Assembly (NCBI RefSeq): GCF_006345805.1
Contig: NC_043008.1
Coordinates: 11,718,001 to 11,782,000 of the forward strand
Direction: 5' to 3'
DNA: 64,000 nucleotides
Source of the DNA: Octopus sinensis
Taxonomy: Eukaryota
The position numbers and the translations under genes were made by a program. The notes below the pieces were generated by a model. It saw only the letters and a program-made list of their open reading frames with translations, had not been told where the DNA came from and did no database searches. This document shows, one piece after another, positions 27,766 to 41,819 of the stretch (positions are counted from its first letter, which is position 1; the number at the start of each line of letters is the position of its first letter).

Positions 27766-28405
27766 GTATAAGATTAAAGAGAGTATATTTGCATGAAAGT
27801 TCGAATGTATGTAGGCATGTATGTGTGTCTGTTTGTTTATAGATATGAGTGTCTGTATGCAGGCTTGTGCATTGTAGGAAGTTTAACGCTTAACCAAATA
27901 CCGATAGCTCATTTGCTCATATACTATTTATGAAGTGTAATGGTTAAACCGTATGGTTTATCTTTCCTTCGTTTACAATTTTTGTGAAGTCGTTTCTGAA
28001 TATTCTTGCATGTCTTCGAAAGTAGTTCTCAGTAATACGTCGAGGATTTGGGTTGCGTTGTAATTGTGATTGGCTGATTGCTGTTTTGCCATATCTTCAG
28101 AAGTAGGGCATGTCTGTAGCCGAGTCTAATGAGATGTCTTAAATTATGACGGTTCTACGATCAAAGCGAAACAAACACCGAAGTGATGTATGCATTACTT
28201 TTTCCTTGTCTTTCCTCTTTAGATTCTCCATAGATGCTTACTATACCGTTTATTACCTTTTTTCTTTTAAATTCAAAATAATACATGTATACACATATAA
28301 GCAATTAAACGCACACAGAGATACACATATACACTACAACGTTACAACAAATAACATGTAGATGCACATACACACTCACACACACGTAAATAATTTATAT
28401 ATATA

Positions 28406-28915
28406 CTAGCAGTATCGCCCGGCGTTGCTCGGGTTTGTAAGGGAAATAACTATGTAAGCATTTTTAGAGAGTTACTTCCCTTATAAATTCGGGCTTTCTT
28501 AGCAATTTTTGTTTTGGTGTCTTCAAGCCATGAAGTCGTTGTTCTAAAAGAACGCTGGTCTCCTTCACAACGCATTACGACGTTGATTTCTTTACACTCC
28601 TTCCCCACAGCTTCACGAGGGAGGGAAGAAGGGGGAAGAAGCAAACAGGTGCAGCTGTGAGCGTGGACGCCAACTCCGCCGCCATCGACACACGATGCTT
28701 TTATGCATTAAAATGGAATAAAAAATGATGTTAAATTATTTTTAAAATCGTAGACTCATCGTTGACGCGCGCTAATAGTCAGACGGGCTCGATATGAATC
28801 ACGACTATAAGATACCCGAATTTGGTTAAACTGCACCGCAAAATGTGGGAGGAGTTAGGAATCTAAATCGAAGGGGACAGACACTCACACAACTAGAGTT
28901 TTATATATATATATA
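28406..28915 (-). mobile_element. Non-autonomous Helitron with an extra ~220-bp internal segment
   Basis: Minus-strand 3' end cccgagcaacgccgggcgatactgCTAG|T (hairpin + CTAG); 5' end runs into (TA)n. Confidence 0.85.
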
Positions 28916-28930
28916 TATATTATATATATA

Positions 28931-28983
<53 letters not shown>

Positions 28984-29088
28984 TATTATATATTTATCTA
29001 TATTTATCAATTCTAACTTAGATACATATACATCTACATATACACATATACATATAGATATTATTTGTTTACATATGTATATGCATAA

Positions 29089-29329
29089 GGCGGCGAGCTG
29101 GCAGAGACGTTAGCAGACGTTAGCACGTCGGGTGAAGTGCTAGGCGGTATTTCGTCTGCAGTTACGTTCTGAGTTCAAATTCTGCTGAGGTGGATTTTGC
29201 CTTTCATTCTTTCGGGATCGGTTAAATAAGTACCAGTTAAGCACTGAGGTCGATATAATTGATTTAATCCCTTTGTATGTCCTTGTTTGTCCCCTCTATG
29301 TTTAGCCCCCTGTGGGCAATAAAGAAATA
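29089..29329 (+). mobile_element. SINE B monomer, tail variant 1
   Basis: ggcggcgagctggcagagacgttagc...gagttcaaattc...gccccctgtgggcaataaagaaata. Confidence 0.92.
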
Positions 29330-30376
29330 AATATGTAAGGGTGGTTAATGATGATGGTGATCGTGATGATGATGACGATGATGATGATGATGAATTGGAG
29401 GAGAAGGAAGAGGAGGTGGAGGACTGGGAGGTCGAGGACCACAACGACTGTGCTGGATGTGTATATGCATCTGTAAATGCCTGTGGAATCGTCTAAATTT
29501 TCTTTTGTCAGAGTAAAGGAACGCCATGGAAAAAGACATCGGAGTAATAATAGAATGAATCTTAACCTTCGAGTGAATGAATGAACCTTAACCTTCGACA
29601 CATTTTCTGTGTGTCACTCTATAATTTCAATTTTTTTGAACTTGTGTATGTATATATATATGCGCTTGTTTGAGTGTGTATATGTGTGAGTACACGTGTA
29701 TGTATGTGTTCGTATGGTATGCACGTTATAACTGGTTCAGACCTAACTCCACACCAGTACCTGTTTTTGTGAATTTTTTGAAGGATGTTTCAAATTTCCT
29801 TATTTAGTACTTCAAACTTTGGCATGAAACATCATTACGCTTCCAAAGTCGAACGAACTTTAAGACCTTCCTACTCTTATCTCCCTGAGATGAAATGATT
29901 TTTAATGGCAGTTGTTATTGCCGTTTTATTCTAGGTTACATTCAAAAGGATGATGCTGTGTCTGGCTGTCTCTTGTTCGTTATCGCCGGGGTTTAATATT
30001 GTTTTACTTTTTTTAATATCAAGTTTCTTTCAGCCATCAGAACATTGCTGTCTGTTGTTAGATTGTTGCTAGGGCAAAATTCTGTGGATTGAATTCCGTG
30101 TTGTGCAATCTGCTATTAATATAACTCACATGACCAAACTTCTCCACTACTTCTGGTTTTCTTTTTAAGAGATTTATCCACTTAGGTTGTCTTTTATCTC
30201 ATTTTTATTTCTGTTCTTTTGTTGTTGTTGTTGTTGTTGCTTTGCACCAAGTCTGCTTTGATTAATCAAACCTAATATCAAAGGACTTTCAGCTGTCACA
30301 ATCACGGCTTCTTTCTTCGTAGGTACATTATCGGTATGTATCGCCAAATGTGTTTTCTCTATTTCAAATTCGTATA

Positions 30377-30607
30377 TATTTCTTTACTACCCACAAGGGG
30401 CTAAACACAGAGGGAACAAACAAGGACAGATAAACGGGTTAAGTCGATTACATCGATCCCAGTGCGTAACTGGTACTTAATTTATCGACCCCGAAAGGAT
30501 GAAAGGCAAAGTCGACCTCGGCGGAATTTGAACTCAGAACGTAGCGGCAGACGAAATACGGCTACTCATTTCGCCCGGCGTGCTAACGTTTCTGTCAGCT
30601 CACCGCC
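30377..30607 (-). mobile_element. SINE B monomer with 19-bp TSD
   Basis: TSD tctatttcaaattcgtata at 30358-30376 and 30610-30628. Confidence 0.95.
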
Positions 30608-31495
30608 TTTCTATTTCAAATTCGTATAGCGTTGGCTGAAGCATTTAAGCGTCTATTTCCAGCAGATTGAGTGACTCCATCAATCGGAGATTTTAGTCTG
30701 CGTAATAATAATATATAACATCGATTACCATGGTACATTATGAATCAATGGAACCTTATATGGTACAGTTGGACCCTAGGCAGGGTTGAATGGTTAATTC
30801 GTTCGTTTCTGAACAATAAGATTCCAAATTTGATCCAAGAGCCTGGATTTCAGTGGACCGATATTGTATTCTACGCAAGTTCAATTTCCTAAAAGACATA
30901 TACAATTTAAATAACGCTTGCAGTCTTATCTGAATTACGTTCTTCTTTGAAGTGCAGAAATCATTTTCCAAGTTCTTTCAATTTAGAGATTATAACTTGC
31001 AGGCTCATATAACTGGTGATTATATTTTGATTTGATCCGTTGTACATGTGAGATAAATCGACCCAGTGAAATGCGATTCGAGTGCAGAGCATTAATAACG
31101 TAAGGCCTGTAAATAATGGAATAAAACCATCATTGTACTGATGTACAAATTTGTAAGTAGCTGTGTGCTCATCTTTTTAAAGCTCTCGGTCAAATCTCAG
31201 TGAACAGATCTACGATCAAAGTTATACGAGGCTTCATTTTAAACAGGAACATTCGTCTAGAACTATACTTCTTCAAATGTTAAGTTTCCTAGATTTTAAC
31301 TGACAGAAGGATGCGATAGCTATCAGATAGGCGACTGCGTACAGTCAGCCTCAATAATCGTACGTAGAGTTTGTTAACATTAATCAGTATTTTCTCAGTT
31401 TTTTCATTCACAGAGATATCGGAGACAGTTCTTCATTCAGCCAATGTGAGGTTGATTGATTCTTGGTTATATTTTGTAAAATATACTCCAATATA

Positions 31496-32606
31496 CAGGA
31501 TGCGGTGAGTAAATTGTCGTCTAAATTGGGCAAAAATGAAAGAAACACTAAATTCCATTTAATAGATATATTTACCGTAATTACCTATAAATATCTTGAA
31601 ATATTAAACAGTAAATTTATTCAATAAAATAATCATTGGCTTCAATCAAAACCTTCAGACGACATCGGAATCTTCTGCAATTCTTCTAGACGGTCTCTTT
31701 ATCTATGTTGGTGGATGCTGCCACAATCCTTGCCTTCTGTTCATCTTTGGTGTTACAAGGAGTTTTGTTGGTCTCTAGGTAAACTACGCAGAAATTGTCC
31801 TCCTCCATGCACTTGATGCAGGCCTCTGTGTGGAGTCTCAGGTCGTGTGGGAAGATGAGTAGAGGCATATCGTCGCCGTTATTAGCGATCACTTCAAATA
31901 CCATGATGTTGACCGAATGTTTGATTCTTATCACGCTAGGTACACGTTTTGGAGACACGGCAAGCCAATGGTTGTTCTGGGTGTTTACCATCAGATCCTG
32001 CCAGAAATTTTCCCGTCTGAGAAAAAGCAAAACGTTATCGGTTGAAGGGGATGAGGGAGTTTGTTCAAAAGCTTCACAATGCAATCTTTCCTCTTGTCCT
32101 TGATGGTTTGGGTTAAAAATTGGCTTTTCTCATCTTGTATGAGGAATACTAAATGTCTTCATGCACTATATGCCTCTTAGAAAATTAGACAGTCCCATCT
32201 CCCTGGCAAATAACCCGATTGACTTGGTGAGAGATCATTGTCAATCATAGCCTGCATCTAACCATCAAATTCGGGAGTTCTTTTCTTATCAGACCGATCC
32301 GAGCTGCCGTACCTTCGTAATCACCATTACACTCATCCAACTCTTTCAGAATCTTCTGCACTGTCCTCAGATACACACCAAACCATTCTGAAATGCTCAT
32401 GTTGGAGCTTCCCGCTTGAATGCCAAACAGTACAGCATGTCGTTTCCAAATTTCTGGCAGAGTGACTTACGTCATGGTGTTGTTTTACCCACGGACTGTG
32501 CCCACTTGAGCTGACTATACCTTGTAGTGGACAAAATCAAAAACAAACAACACGCATGGGCAAAATTAAAAATATAAAATGGCGACAATTTACGCATCGC
32601 ATCCTA
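31496..32606 (-). mobile_element. Tc1/mariner-superfamily element (maT/DD37D-like), both TIRs, internally deleted transposase
   Basis: TIRs caggatgcggtgagtaaattgtcgtc and ggcgacaatttacgcatcgcatccta with TA flanks. Minus-strand motifs RTVQKILKEL, KMRK, VNTQNNHWLAVSP..VP..IRIKH, IMVF.VI...GD.MP..IFPH.LRL.TEA.IKC. The segment with the second and third catalytic Asp is missing. Confidence 0.88.
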
Positions 32607-32955
32607 TAGATACGAAATTGCTAATTCTGTAAGACTACACTGTTGACTAACACCGTCGAAATTTTGTAGAATTATAGGTGGTACTATGACATTTTTGGTC
32701 GCATTAGAAGACAAAGCGTAGTACGCTATCTACTTCCAAGTTCTCCCGATAATTATGGAAAAAGAAACCAAAACACATCTACTATTCTTCACCTTTTTGC
32801 AACCGGAAGTATTATTCCAATATATCAGAGTGGAAATTCCATCAGAATTGCTTGCTAAAACGAAGCTAATAGCCATAAGGCTAATAAATGGTAATGACAA
32901 ACAAAACAACGTAGATAGTCCTTGTACACATGACAGAAAAATTGTTAAGCCATAT

Positions 32956-33018
<63 letters not shown>

Positions 33019-33045
33019 ATGTATATATATGTATACATATATATA

Positions 33046-33097
<52 letters not shown>

Positions 33098-33433
33098 GTA
33101 TCACATATATAAGTTAGTGATGTATATGTATATGTATAAATATATATATATATACACAAACACACACACGCACACACACACACACGCACACACACACACA
33201 TACGTACACACACATACATACACACACACACATAACGTAGTGATGTATCATTACTGATTGTGTATTTATGAATATTTAAAACGGCCAATGGCCTTACAGA
33301 TAAAGTACATCGTGATTGCAGATAGAACGAAATGGAATTGAAAGCGAAAAGTGAAAATACAAACAAATAAAATATAAATATAGTGAAACGTGTACAACAA
33401 AAATATACAGATAAACACACGCGCACGCACACT

Positions 33434-33481
<48 letters not shown>

Positions 33482-33762
33482 AAAATATCGACAATAAAAG
33501 GGCAACGAATATTGACACTCACATCGTTTCCGTCAGAACATCCGACTGAAAACTGATTGAAAGGTCGATGAACTAATTATATGTTTCTATGAAAAGAAAA
33601 GCAAAATTAAAGAACTAATATAGAAATATGAAATAAATTGAAAATTGCAGTTTAGTTCTGTTTCAATCAGACATACTTAAAAGAAAACATATTTTCATAT
33701 TTTGATATATATATTATATTAATATATATTATATATTATATATATCTATATATATATATATA

Positions 33763-33794
<32 letters not shown>

Positions 33795-34367
33795 CGGCTC
33801 CTTCAGCAACAACACGCCTTGTGATAATTCAGTGGCTACTACTGATTCCAGGCCCTCTTGAAGCCGTCACTTTGAACTTACGGAGATAATGTTTACATAT
33901 CGCTTGAGGAAGCACAACTAGATCCCGTAATGCAGTGAAACGGTTGCATAAGGAAGTACCTGCACGTTTGGAGTACTACGTTGCGTAGAAATATATGTAG
34001 TGATTAAAAAATATATATCTACCCGTACCCATTCCTGTTGAGCCCCAACTTTTTCCCATTATCTATTTACACACGGCAGATGCCCAAACGCAAGCCTGGA
34101 GGTACGAATAATACAACTGCTGGATAGCACGGGGTAAATTTAAAAGCTGTTTCAGGAGCATCAGATTGTTCTGTAGTGTCTTTTAGGATGATAAATATAT
34201 ATAACTCGTTAAATTAACAGTTCCGCTCTGTATCTTCTCATGTTGTTTGAAGAAAAGCTCCAAATTAAAGGATGTATCTTAATTTCTATAGAAGGGCACT
34301 AATAAAACAATAGGTGCAAAAAAAGAAACGAGTACGAAGTACAGCGATAAAAGTATTAAAAATAACC

Positions 34368-34401
<34 letters not shown>

Positions 34402-34435
34402 AAGAGTGAGAGAGAGATGCATATATATATACATA

Positions 34436-34588
34436 ACACGGGCTTCTCTTACTTTCTGTCTACCAAATCCACTCACAAGTCTTTGGTCGACACAAGACTA
34501 TAGTAGAAGACACTTGCCCAAGTGGCCACTGAATCCAGAACCATGTGACTGGAAAGCAAGCTTCTTACCACACAGCAACGCCTGCGCC
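34436..34588 (-). mobile_element. SINE A 5' half
   Basis: ctaccaaatccactcacaag...gacacttgcccaag...cttaccacacagc. Confidence 0.88.
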
Positions 34589-35365
34589 TATAGGTGTGTT
34601 TGTGTGTGTGTGTGAGAGAGAGAGAGTGTGTGTGTGTGTATATGACTGTGTGTGAGTATGTATGCATATTTCTGTACGTATACGTAGAAAAGTAACAGAC
34701 TCTATACGAAAGGTTCAAAATAGTGATTTCTAACAAACAGCGAAGCTGCAGATTAGATTTTAAGCTTAAAAATACGACAGTTTTATGTGTTGAATCATAC
34801 TCTAAATTTCCATTTAGAAACCCCAAACAGCTTAACGAACAACAAGCAACGAGCAAGAACATGCCATCACAGACTAATATTTCATCGAATTCTTTGACGT
34901 CTGCATTCGGTAGACTCCGTGCAACCGAATTCGCAAATTTAATATTCATTTACCACACATAAATTAACTTAAGATTCTACAAACTTCCAGCATAAAATTT
35001 TACTTAACAATCTTTATTTTATTATGCTGCTACGTAAGCAAAATAAATCTTTCCCTCTGCTCTTCTCACACACATTCCATCTGTATGTAGTAATATATAT
35101 ATATATTATATATATATATATACACATACATATATATATATACATTATATATAGTATATATGTATACATATATATATGTATATATATATATGTATATATA
35201 TGTGTGTGTATGTATATATATATAACGGGAAGCTTTATGAAAATAGACAAAAGACGAAGGCAGGTGGAAAACAAACAAACAATTGTATTTGTATATATAT
35301 ACATGTATATATATTTATAATATATATATATATATATATAATAATATATGTATGTGTGTTTTTTA

Positions 35366-35406
<41 letters not shown>

Positions 35407-36076
35407 ATATGTATGTATATTTATAGAGAGGAATGCATACGTATTTTCGTGTAGGTGTATGCGTGTGAATGTGTGAAGGTAGTTGAATTTGTGTGAATGC
35501 AGGTGAATTTGTATGAATGCAGAGACTCAGCGTGTGTTCCCAATTGCACACTTTGATTATGATACACGGCAGTACGAAACCAGTTTAAAATTGTTTAAAT
35601 GTGAAACAAACAGATTTGAATGAGAAATGACAATGTCGCCGAAATTGTGGTTTTATGCAACACAATGTTAAATGAAGTCAGACATATTGACTGTTTCTGT
35701 ATCAAAACCGACTGAAATTAAAATAATCAAATATACACAAAAACACGTATGCAGCTGTCTTTAACTCTGTTTCTGTCTCTCACTCTTTCTCTGTCTTTCT
35801 GTCTGTCTGTCTGCCTCTCTCTCTCTTTCTCTCTGTATCTATCTATAAAATATGTACGTATATATGATTTTATGCATATGTACGTGTGTGTGTGTTTACA
35901 TGCGATTGTACGTGTATGTGAATAAGCATATATCATATCACATGAACATAAACACATACATATACACGCGTTCACACACATACACACACATGCATACACA
36001 CGCACACATATGTTTATCTGTAAATATATTTTTGCACACACACACACATATATATGTATATACATATATATATATA

Positions 36077-36109
<33 letters not shown>

Positions 36110-36154
36110 TAAATGTATGTATATATGTGTATATATATATATATATGTGCATGA

Positions 36155-36185
<31 letters not shown>

Positions 36186-36492
36186 TATAGACATACATGA
36201 TCAAACATATATGATATATTATATATCATGTATTATCTAATATTTGATATTTTATGCTATACAAAGCTTTGCATACTTCTGGTGAATGAACCAGTTTTGA
36301 GATGGACTTTGCAAAGTAGATCCCATCAATATATCATCTTATACTATTATTAAATTACAACAAAAAATGTGAACTAATTTTATTTACCGATTTGTCTGAA
36401 AATTTCATTGAATATTTCAAAAATGTTTGCCCATCTTTCCTTCACCTCCTTATATAGACACGATCATCTCTTGTAACCGTCTCAGGTTTATA

Positions 36493-36907
36493 TATTTCTT
36501 TACTGCGCACAAGGGGCTAAACATAGAGGGGACAAACAAGGACAGACAAAGGGATTAAGTCGATTACATCGACTCTTGTGCGAAACTGGTACTTTATTTA
36601 TCGACCCAGAAAAGATGAAAGGCAAATTCGACCTCGGCGGAATTTGAACTGAGAACGCAGCGGCGGACGAAATACCTATTTCTTTACTACCCCCAAGGGG
36701 ATAAACACAGAGAGGACAAACAAGGACAGACAAACGGATTAAGTCGATTATATCGACCCCAGTGCGTAACTGGTACTTAATTTATCGACCCCGAAAGGAT
36801 GAAAGGCAAAGTCGACCTCGGCGGAATTTGAACTCAGAAAGTAGCGGCAAACGAAATACCACTGAGAGTTTCGCCCGGCGCGCTAACGTTTCTGCCAGCT
36901 CGTCGCC
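36493..36907 (-). mobile_element. SINE B dimer with a 19-bp TSD around the whole dimer
   Basis: Junction gaaatacc|tatttc at 36676/36677; TSD taaccg(t/g)ctcaggtttata at 36474-36492 and 36908-36926. Confidence 0.93.
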
Positions 36908-36980
36908 TAAACCGGCTCAGGTTTATATTCGACAAATCGAACGTAAACACACATTTACATTGGGTTTATTGTACATATAA

Positions 36981-37377
36981 CTAGCAGTATCGCCCGGCGC
37001 TGCTCGGGTTTGTAAGGGCAATAACTATATAAGCATTTTTAGAGAGTTATAGCCAAAAAAACAGCAAAAAATGCATTAAAAATGGGAAAAAAATTATGGT
37101 AATTTTTTTTTAAATCGTTGACTCATCGTAGACATTTTTAGAGAGTTACTTCCCTTTATTTAAAAAATATACTTTAAAATGGAAACAAATTATGGTAAAT
37201 TATTTTTAAAATCGTAGACTCATCGTAGACGCGCGCTAATACCCAGAAGGGCTCGAGGTGAATCACGACTATAAGATACCCGGTTTTGGTTGAACTGCAC
37301 CGCAAAATGTGGGAGTAGTTAGGAATCTAAATCGTAGGAGATAGACACACAAACAACTTCACTTTTATATATATAGA
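36981..37377 (-). mobile_element. Non-autonomous Helitron
   Basis: Minus strand A|TCTATATATATAAAAG ... hairpin-CTAG|T; ~105-bp internal direct repeat. Confidence 0.9.
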
Positions 37378-38734
37378 TATACAAAAATTATTACAACTTC
37401 CAACGTGATATTGTGTCTGGTATTTTAATAATATACTGAAAAAAATAATAAATAAATACATGCATGTATGAGCGCGAGTGTCTGTATGTATTTACATATC
37501 TGTATTTCTCCATGTGTTGGTAGTTGACAATGCATGCGAACACAGACTTTCAATATCTTATTAGTTAATACAAAACCGGTTGTGAATTGTTCCGAAGTGA
37601 AATAACCAGATCGGAATAAGAAGTGACATTGTCACTGAAATTATAGTTTTATGTAACGCACAGCTAAATGAGGTAAGACAGACGGATTGCACTGAATCAA
37701 TACCGACGAAATTAATATAGACAAAAATACACAGACACACAGATACACGTTCGGTTGCTGTTTCTTTGTCTCTCTCTCACTTGAATATGTATCTACATGT
37801 ATATCTATCTACCTATCTATATATACATCTATATATATAAAGGGTGAAATATAATTAATTTAATAAAATCAATAAATTTCACCTAGTAGTCTTTCGGTAT
37901 GGAAAGGACCATATTCGGTAAAAAATAATATATATATAATTATAATAAAGGGTTATTTGCAACAAGTTGCTTAAACCACATACCGAAAATATTAGAAATA
38001 GCAGCCAAATAGGTTACCATTACTATTACTACAAAAATAAGTCTCCACAAACAATAGTATTTGTAACCCGTATATGGGTATATACATCTATTTGTAACCC
38101 GTATATGTATATATACATCTATATAAATATATACATAAGTGTGTGTATATGTGTGTTTATGTGTATATGTGTTTTTTACTGTCGGCCGAATTGTTGCACG
38201 CAATATTCGAAGAGGACAAGCAGAAAATCACACAGAAAGCGGGAAGGAAGAGAAAAAATGATTATTGAATGTTAAATACAAAATGCAACGTGTTGTGAAT
38301 GTTATCAGATTGATAGTTTGAGGAGTAGACATTGATTTTTAAATCAAGATATGTTATTTAAAATACTTCTGTAAATCATGTTGAATAGTTTGTGCTGGTC
38401 TTTGCGTTGTTGCGACTGCAATTTTGTCGAGGGTCAGTCATTAACTGCCTGCTATGGACTAATTACTTGTTTCCTATTATCCGGAATGCTTGGCGCGCAT
38501 GGCAACGTGTCTCTAGTATTACGCTCCGGATTCACATTTGAAATGTCATCTACGTGGCCATTTTTATTATATTTACGATGGCCCCTCGGCCTTCTCATTG
38601 AACCAAAGAAGTGAAGAAAGATGCACTCATAATTCTTCTTCTATTAGCGGGGAAATTAATTAAGCGTTGCTCGCTAATTGTGTGATCCTGTTTCTTGATT
38701 GATTTCAGATTTGAAACGACGAATAAGGTCATTA

Positions 38735-39105
38735 TTCTTTTATTCTTTTATTTGTTTTAGTCATTTGACTGCTGAAGCATCGCTTTTAGTCGCGCAAACC
38801 AACCCCAGAGCTTATTCTTTGTAAGCCTAGTACTTATTCTATCGGTGCCTTTTGCCAAACCGCTAAGTTATGGGGACGTAAATACATCAGCATCGGTTGT
38901 CAAGCGACGTTGGGTAGACAAACGCGGACACACAAAGATACACACACATATATATACATATATATATACGACGGGCTTCTTTCAGTTTACGCATACCAAA
39001 TCCACTCACAAGGCTTTCGTCGGCCAACGGTACCTCGAAGTGGGACTGAACCCAGAACCATGTGGTTGGTAAGCAAGCTACTTACAACACAGCCACTCGT
39101 GCGCC
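38735..39105 (-). mobile_element. SINE A
   Basis: Family consensus match. Confidence 0.9.
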
Positions 39106-39107
39106 AA

Positions 39108-39340
39108 TTTACATTATTAACATTTGACAGATATTTGTCCTCATCCTTTTGTTGTTAAATCAACGTTTCGGCTGATATACCCTCCAGTCTTCATCAGGTG
39201 TCTTGGGGAAATTTCGAACCTGGGTTCTCATTCCTAAGGTATTTTTCTATGTTGTTATTATTATTATTATTACTATCATTATCGTTGTTGTTGTTGTTAT
39301 TATTATTATTATTGTTCTTCTTCTTCTTCTCATTATTATT

Positions 39341-39383
<43 letters not shown>

Positions 39384-39409
39384 TATTATTATTATTATTA
39401 TTATTACTA

Positions 39410-39440
<31 letters not shown>

Positions 39441-39530
39441 TATTATTAAACGCTGTGTAAACAACAAACAAGAGGAGGACAAATATAATGTAAATAATGT
39501 ACATAATTCCTCATCTATTAAATACAGATC
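39108..39530 (-). mobile_element. Penelope-type mini-element: hammerhead-bearing pLTR, (AAT)n, then an inverted partial pLTR
   Basis: 39108-39168 is an inverted repeat of 39448-39505; hammerhead core on the minus strand at 39156-39203. Confidence 0.65.
39156..39203 (-). ncRNA. Minimal type I hammerhead ribozyme motif, partly degenerate
   Basis: gacac CUGAUGA A GACUGG agggtata UCAGCC GAA ACGU U gauuu; palindromic ACGU stem III; one mismatch in stem II and two in stem I. Confidence 0.6.
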
Positions 39531-40033
39531 TCGAATAAGGTGCCATAGGTTATATTTTTCTCTTCCTTCTTTCCAAGATGGCTGTTGTGGATAATGTAAT
39601 TTCTGAGTAAAATGAATATGACTTGCACCTTCGATTTGGTATCGACAATGTGTTCGTCCTGTTTTATAAAATAATACGTAACTTAAACTAAAATGAAAGC
39701 AAACTGTTATTAGTTGTAACTCTGGAAAGGACTCATATCGTCCTGTATATGACTATTACATGTATCGATCTTACGTTAATAGAAAGCAAGATTTGAACTC
39801 CCAATTCATAGAACTTACACAATATTGAATTTATTAAGTTGATGTAATGTCTGCAAATCCTTGCAAAATAACGGGGACAAATTCGCTTTGTGAAGAATTC
39901 AATAGGACTTCATTGTGTAAATTATAAGTACAGGACGCACCTTGTCACAGCCTTTACAAAACACTTTGAAACAACTCTAAATTACAATCGATTATAGAAG
40001 CTGCTTTTTGTATGTATGTATGTATATATATAT

Positions 40034-40145
<112 letters not shown>

Positions 40146-40252
40146 ATAATATACATATATACATATATTTAATATATATACTATTATATATAACTCCAAA
40201 CTTAAAGCGAATTCAATTTAATATTAAATCGAATTTCACAATATAAATATCG

Positions 40253-40517
40253 AAAATATAAATTAGAGATAAAACCACTATTATGCAACTCAAACAGTGA
40301 TAGACATAAACCAAAATATAAACAAACAAACAATATATATTTTTATAAAACATATAACTAGATCTCAAAAAAAGTATAAAAATGAATGATCAATATATAA
40401 TAAGTAAAATAGTTATATGTTTTATAAAACTATATATCATTTGTTTTTTGTTTTTTTGGTTTATGTCTATCACTGTCTGACTTGCATAATAGTGGTATTA
40501 TCTCTAATTTATATTTT
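40253..40517. repeat. Long inverted repeat (arms ~105 bp, spacer ~50 bp)
   Basis: The outer 64 bp differ at only 3 positions. Confidence 0.92.
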
Positions 40518-41732
40518 AGTGCTACAGATTGTAATTACTCATAGAAATTCTGAATAGATTCTCATCATCTTCTTCCCTAATATTACTTTTTAGCTGCTGC
40601 TTTCCTTATTCATGTTTCTACGGTGGTTGTTGAAGTTTTTTATTGTCGTTATCCTTCCTAATTTTAATTTAGATGATATGCCGCAAAAGGTAGAGTTGAC
40701 AAGATCCATTGCCAAAAGAAGAAAAACTATATGATAAAAGGAGTGTCTCGTGTTGCCGATAATTCAAAATTTGCCATTCCTTTACCGAATCCAAATTTCA
40801 TACAAATTTCGACTAACGCTTCTGCTATTTCAATAGCTTTATGCTATTGTAGAGCTTGCTTATGTGTAATTATTCCTATTCACCGTAGGTGAGAATAAGT
40901 TTCAGTATGAATTCCGACTATTTGTTGCAGGAAACACATAACTATAGCTACAGCTTCTAACGTGAGTAAAACGATTTCTAACTTGAAAAATATTTTCACA
41001 CTTGTTTTCGTTTGTTTTCCACAGAAACGTAGTTATTGATCTTTGAGTGTGTTTGTGTACGAGATATTTGTGTATGCGTATTTCTATACATTTGCAAATG
41101 GGTTCTTCTATATTTGTGTATATGTAGAGGTTCTTGTGTATGTGGATTTCTGAGCGTTGGTGTTTAAGTCGCTTCTGGATACGTGTGCGAATATGCATGT
41201 GGTGGTTGCGTATGTTTGACGCGCTGTATTTGTGTACAAGGTGTATGTATGTATGTAGGCGTCCGTGAGCATCTGTCTGTGTCCGAGTTATATGAAATAC
41301 TAAATGAATACGTCAATGAGAGTTTCAATTATTAATGTAGCTATACGCTAGAGTATGAATATTAACAAAGACTTGTCATAGATCTCTGCAGCGCAAGTCA
41401 ATATGCATTAAAATATTATTGAAGCGCTCACGCATGCACACATCCATATTCGTATTCATGTATGTATGTATGCATCTATGTATGTATGCATATGAGTATG
41501 TATGTATGTATACGCGTTTGTGCGTGTATATATATATATTGTATATATGCTGGCTCATATAACCCGTATAGAATAGACTGTGTAAGCTTCCTCACCAACG
41601 ACACATACGTACCGCTGTGTGTATAAGTAATGTATATGCTAACAGAGAAATGACATTGTACTATTGAGTACTGAAATTCTAATCAAAATTATGGTAAACT
41701 GTGTATGGTGTAATAATTACTTCACATTGTGT

Positions 41733-41767
<35 letters not shown>

Positions 41768-41819
41768 TATATGAAGATAGGTAAATATATATATTTATAT
41801 TTATATAAATATATATATA

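Noticed and set aside
33898-33955. Degenerate hammerhead-like string (cttgagga...gtgaaacggttgc)
   Set aside because: Core and all three stems are mismatched; too decayed to support
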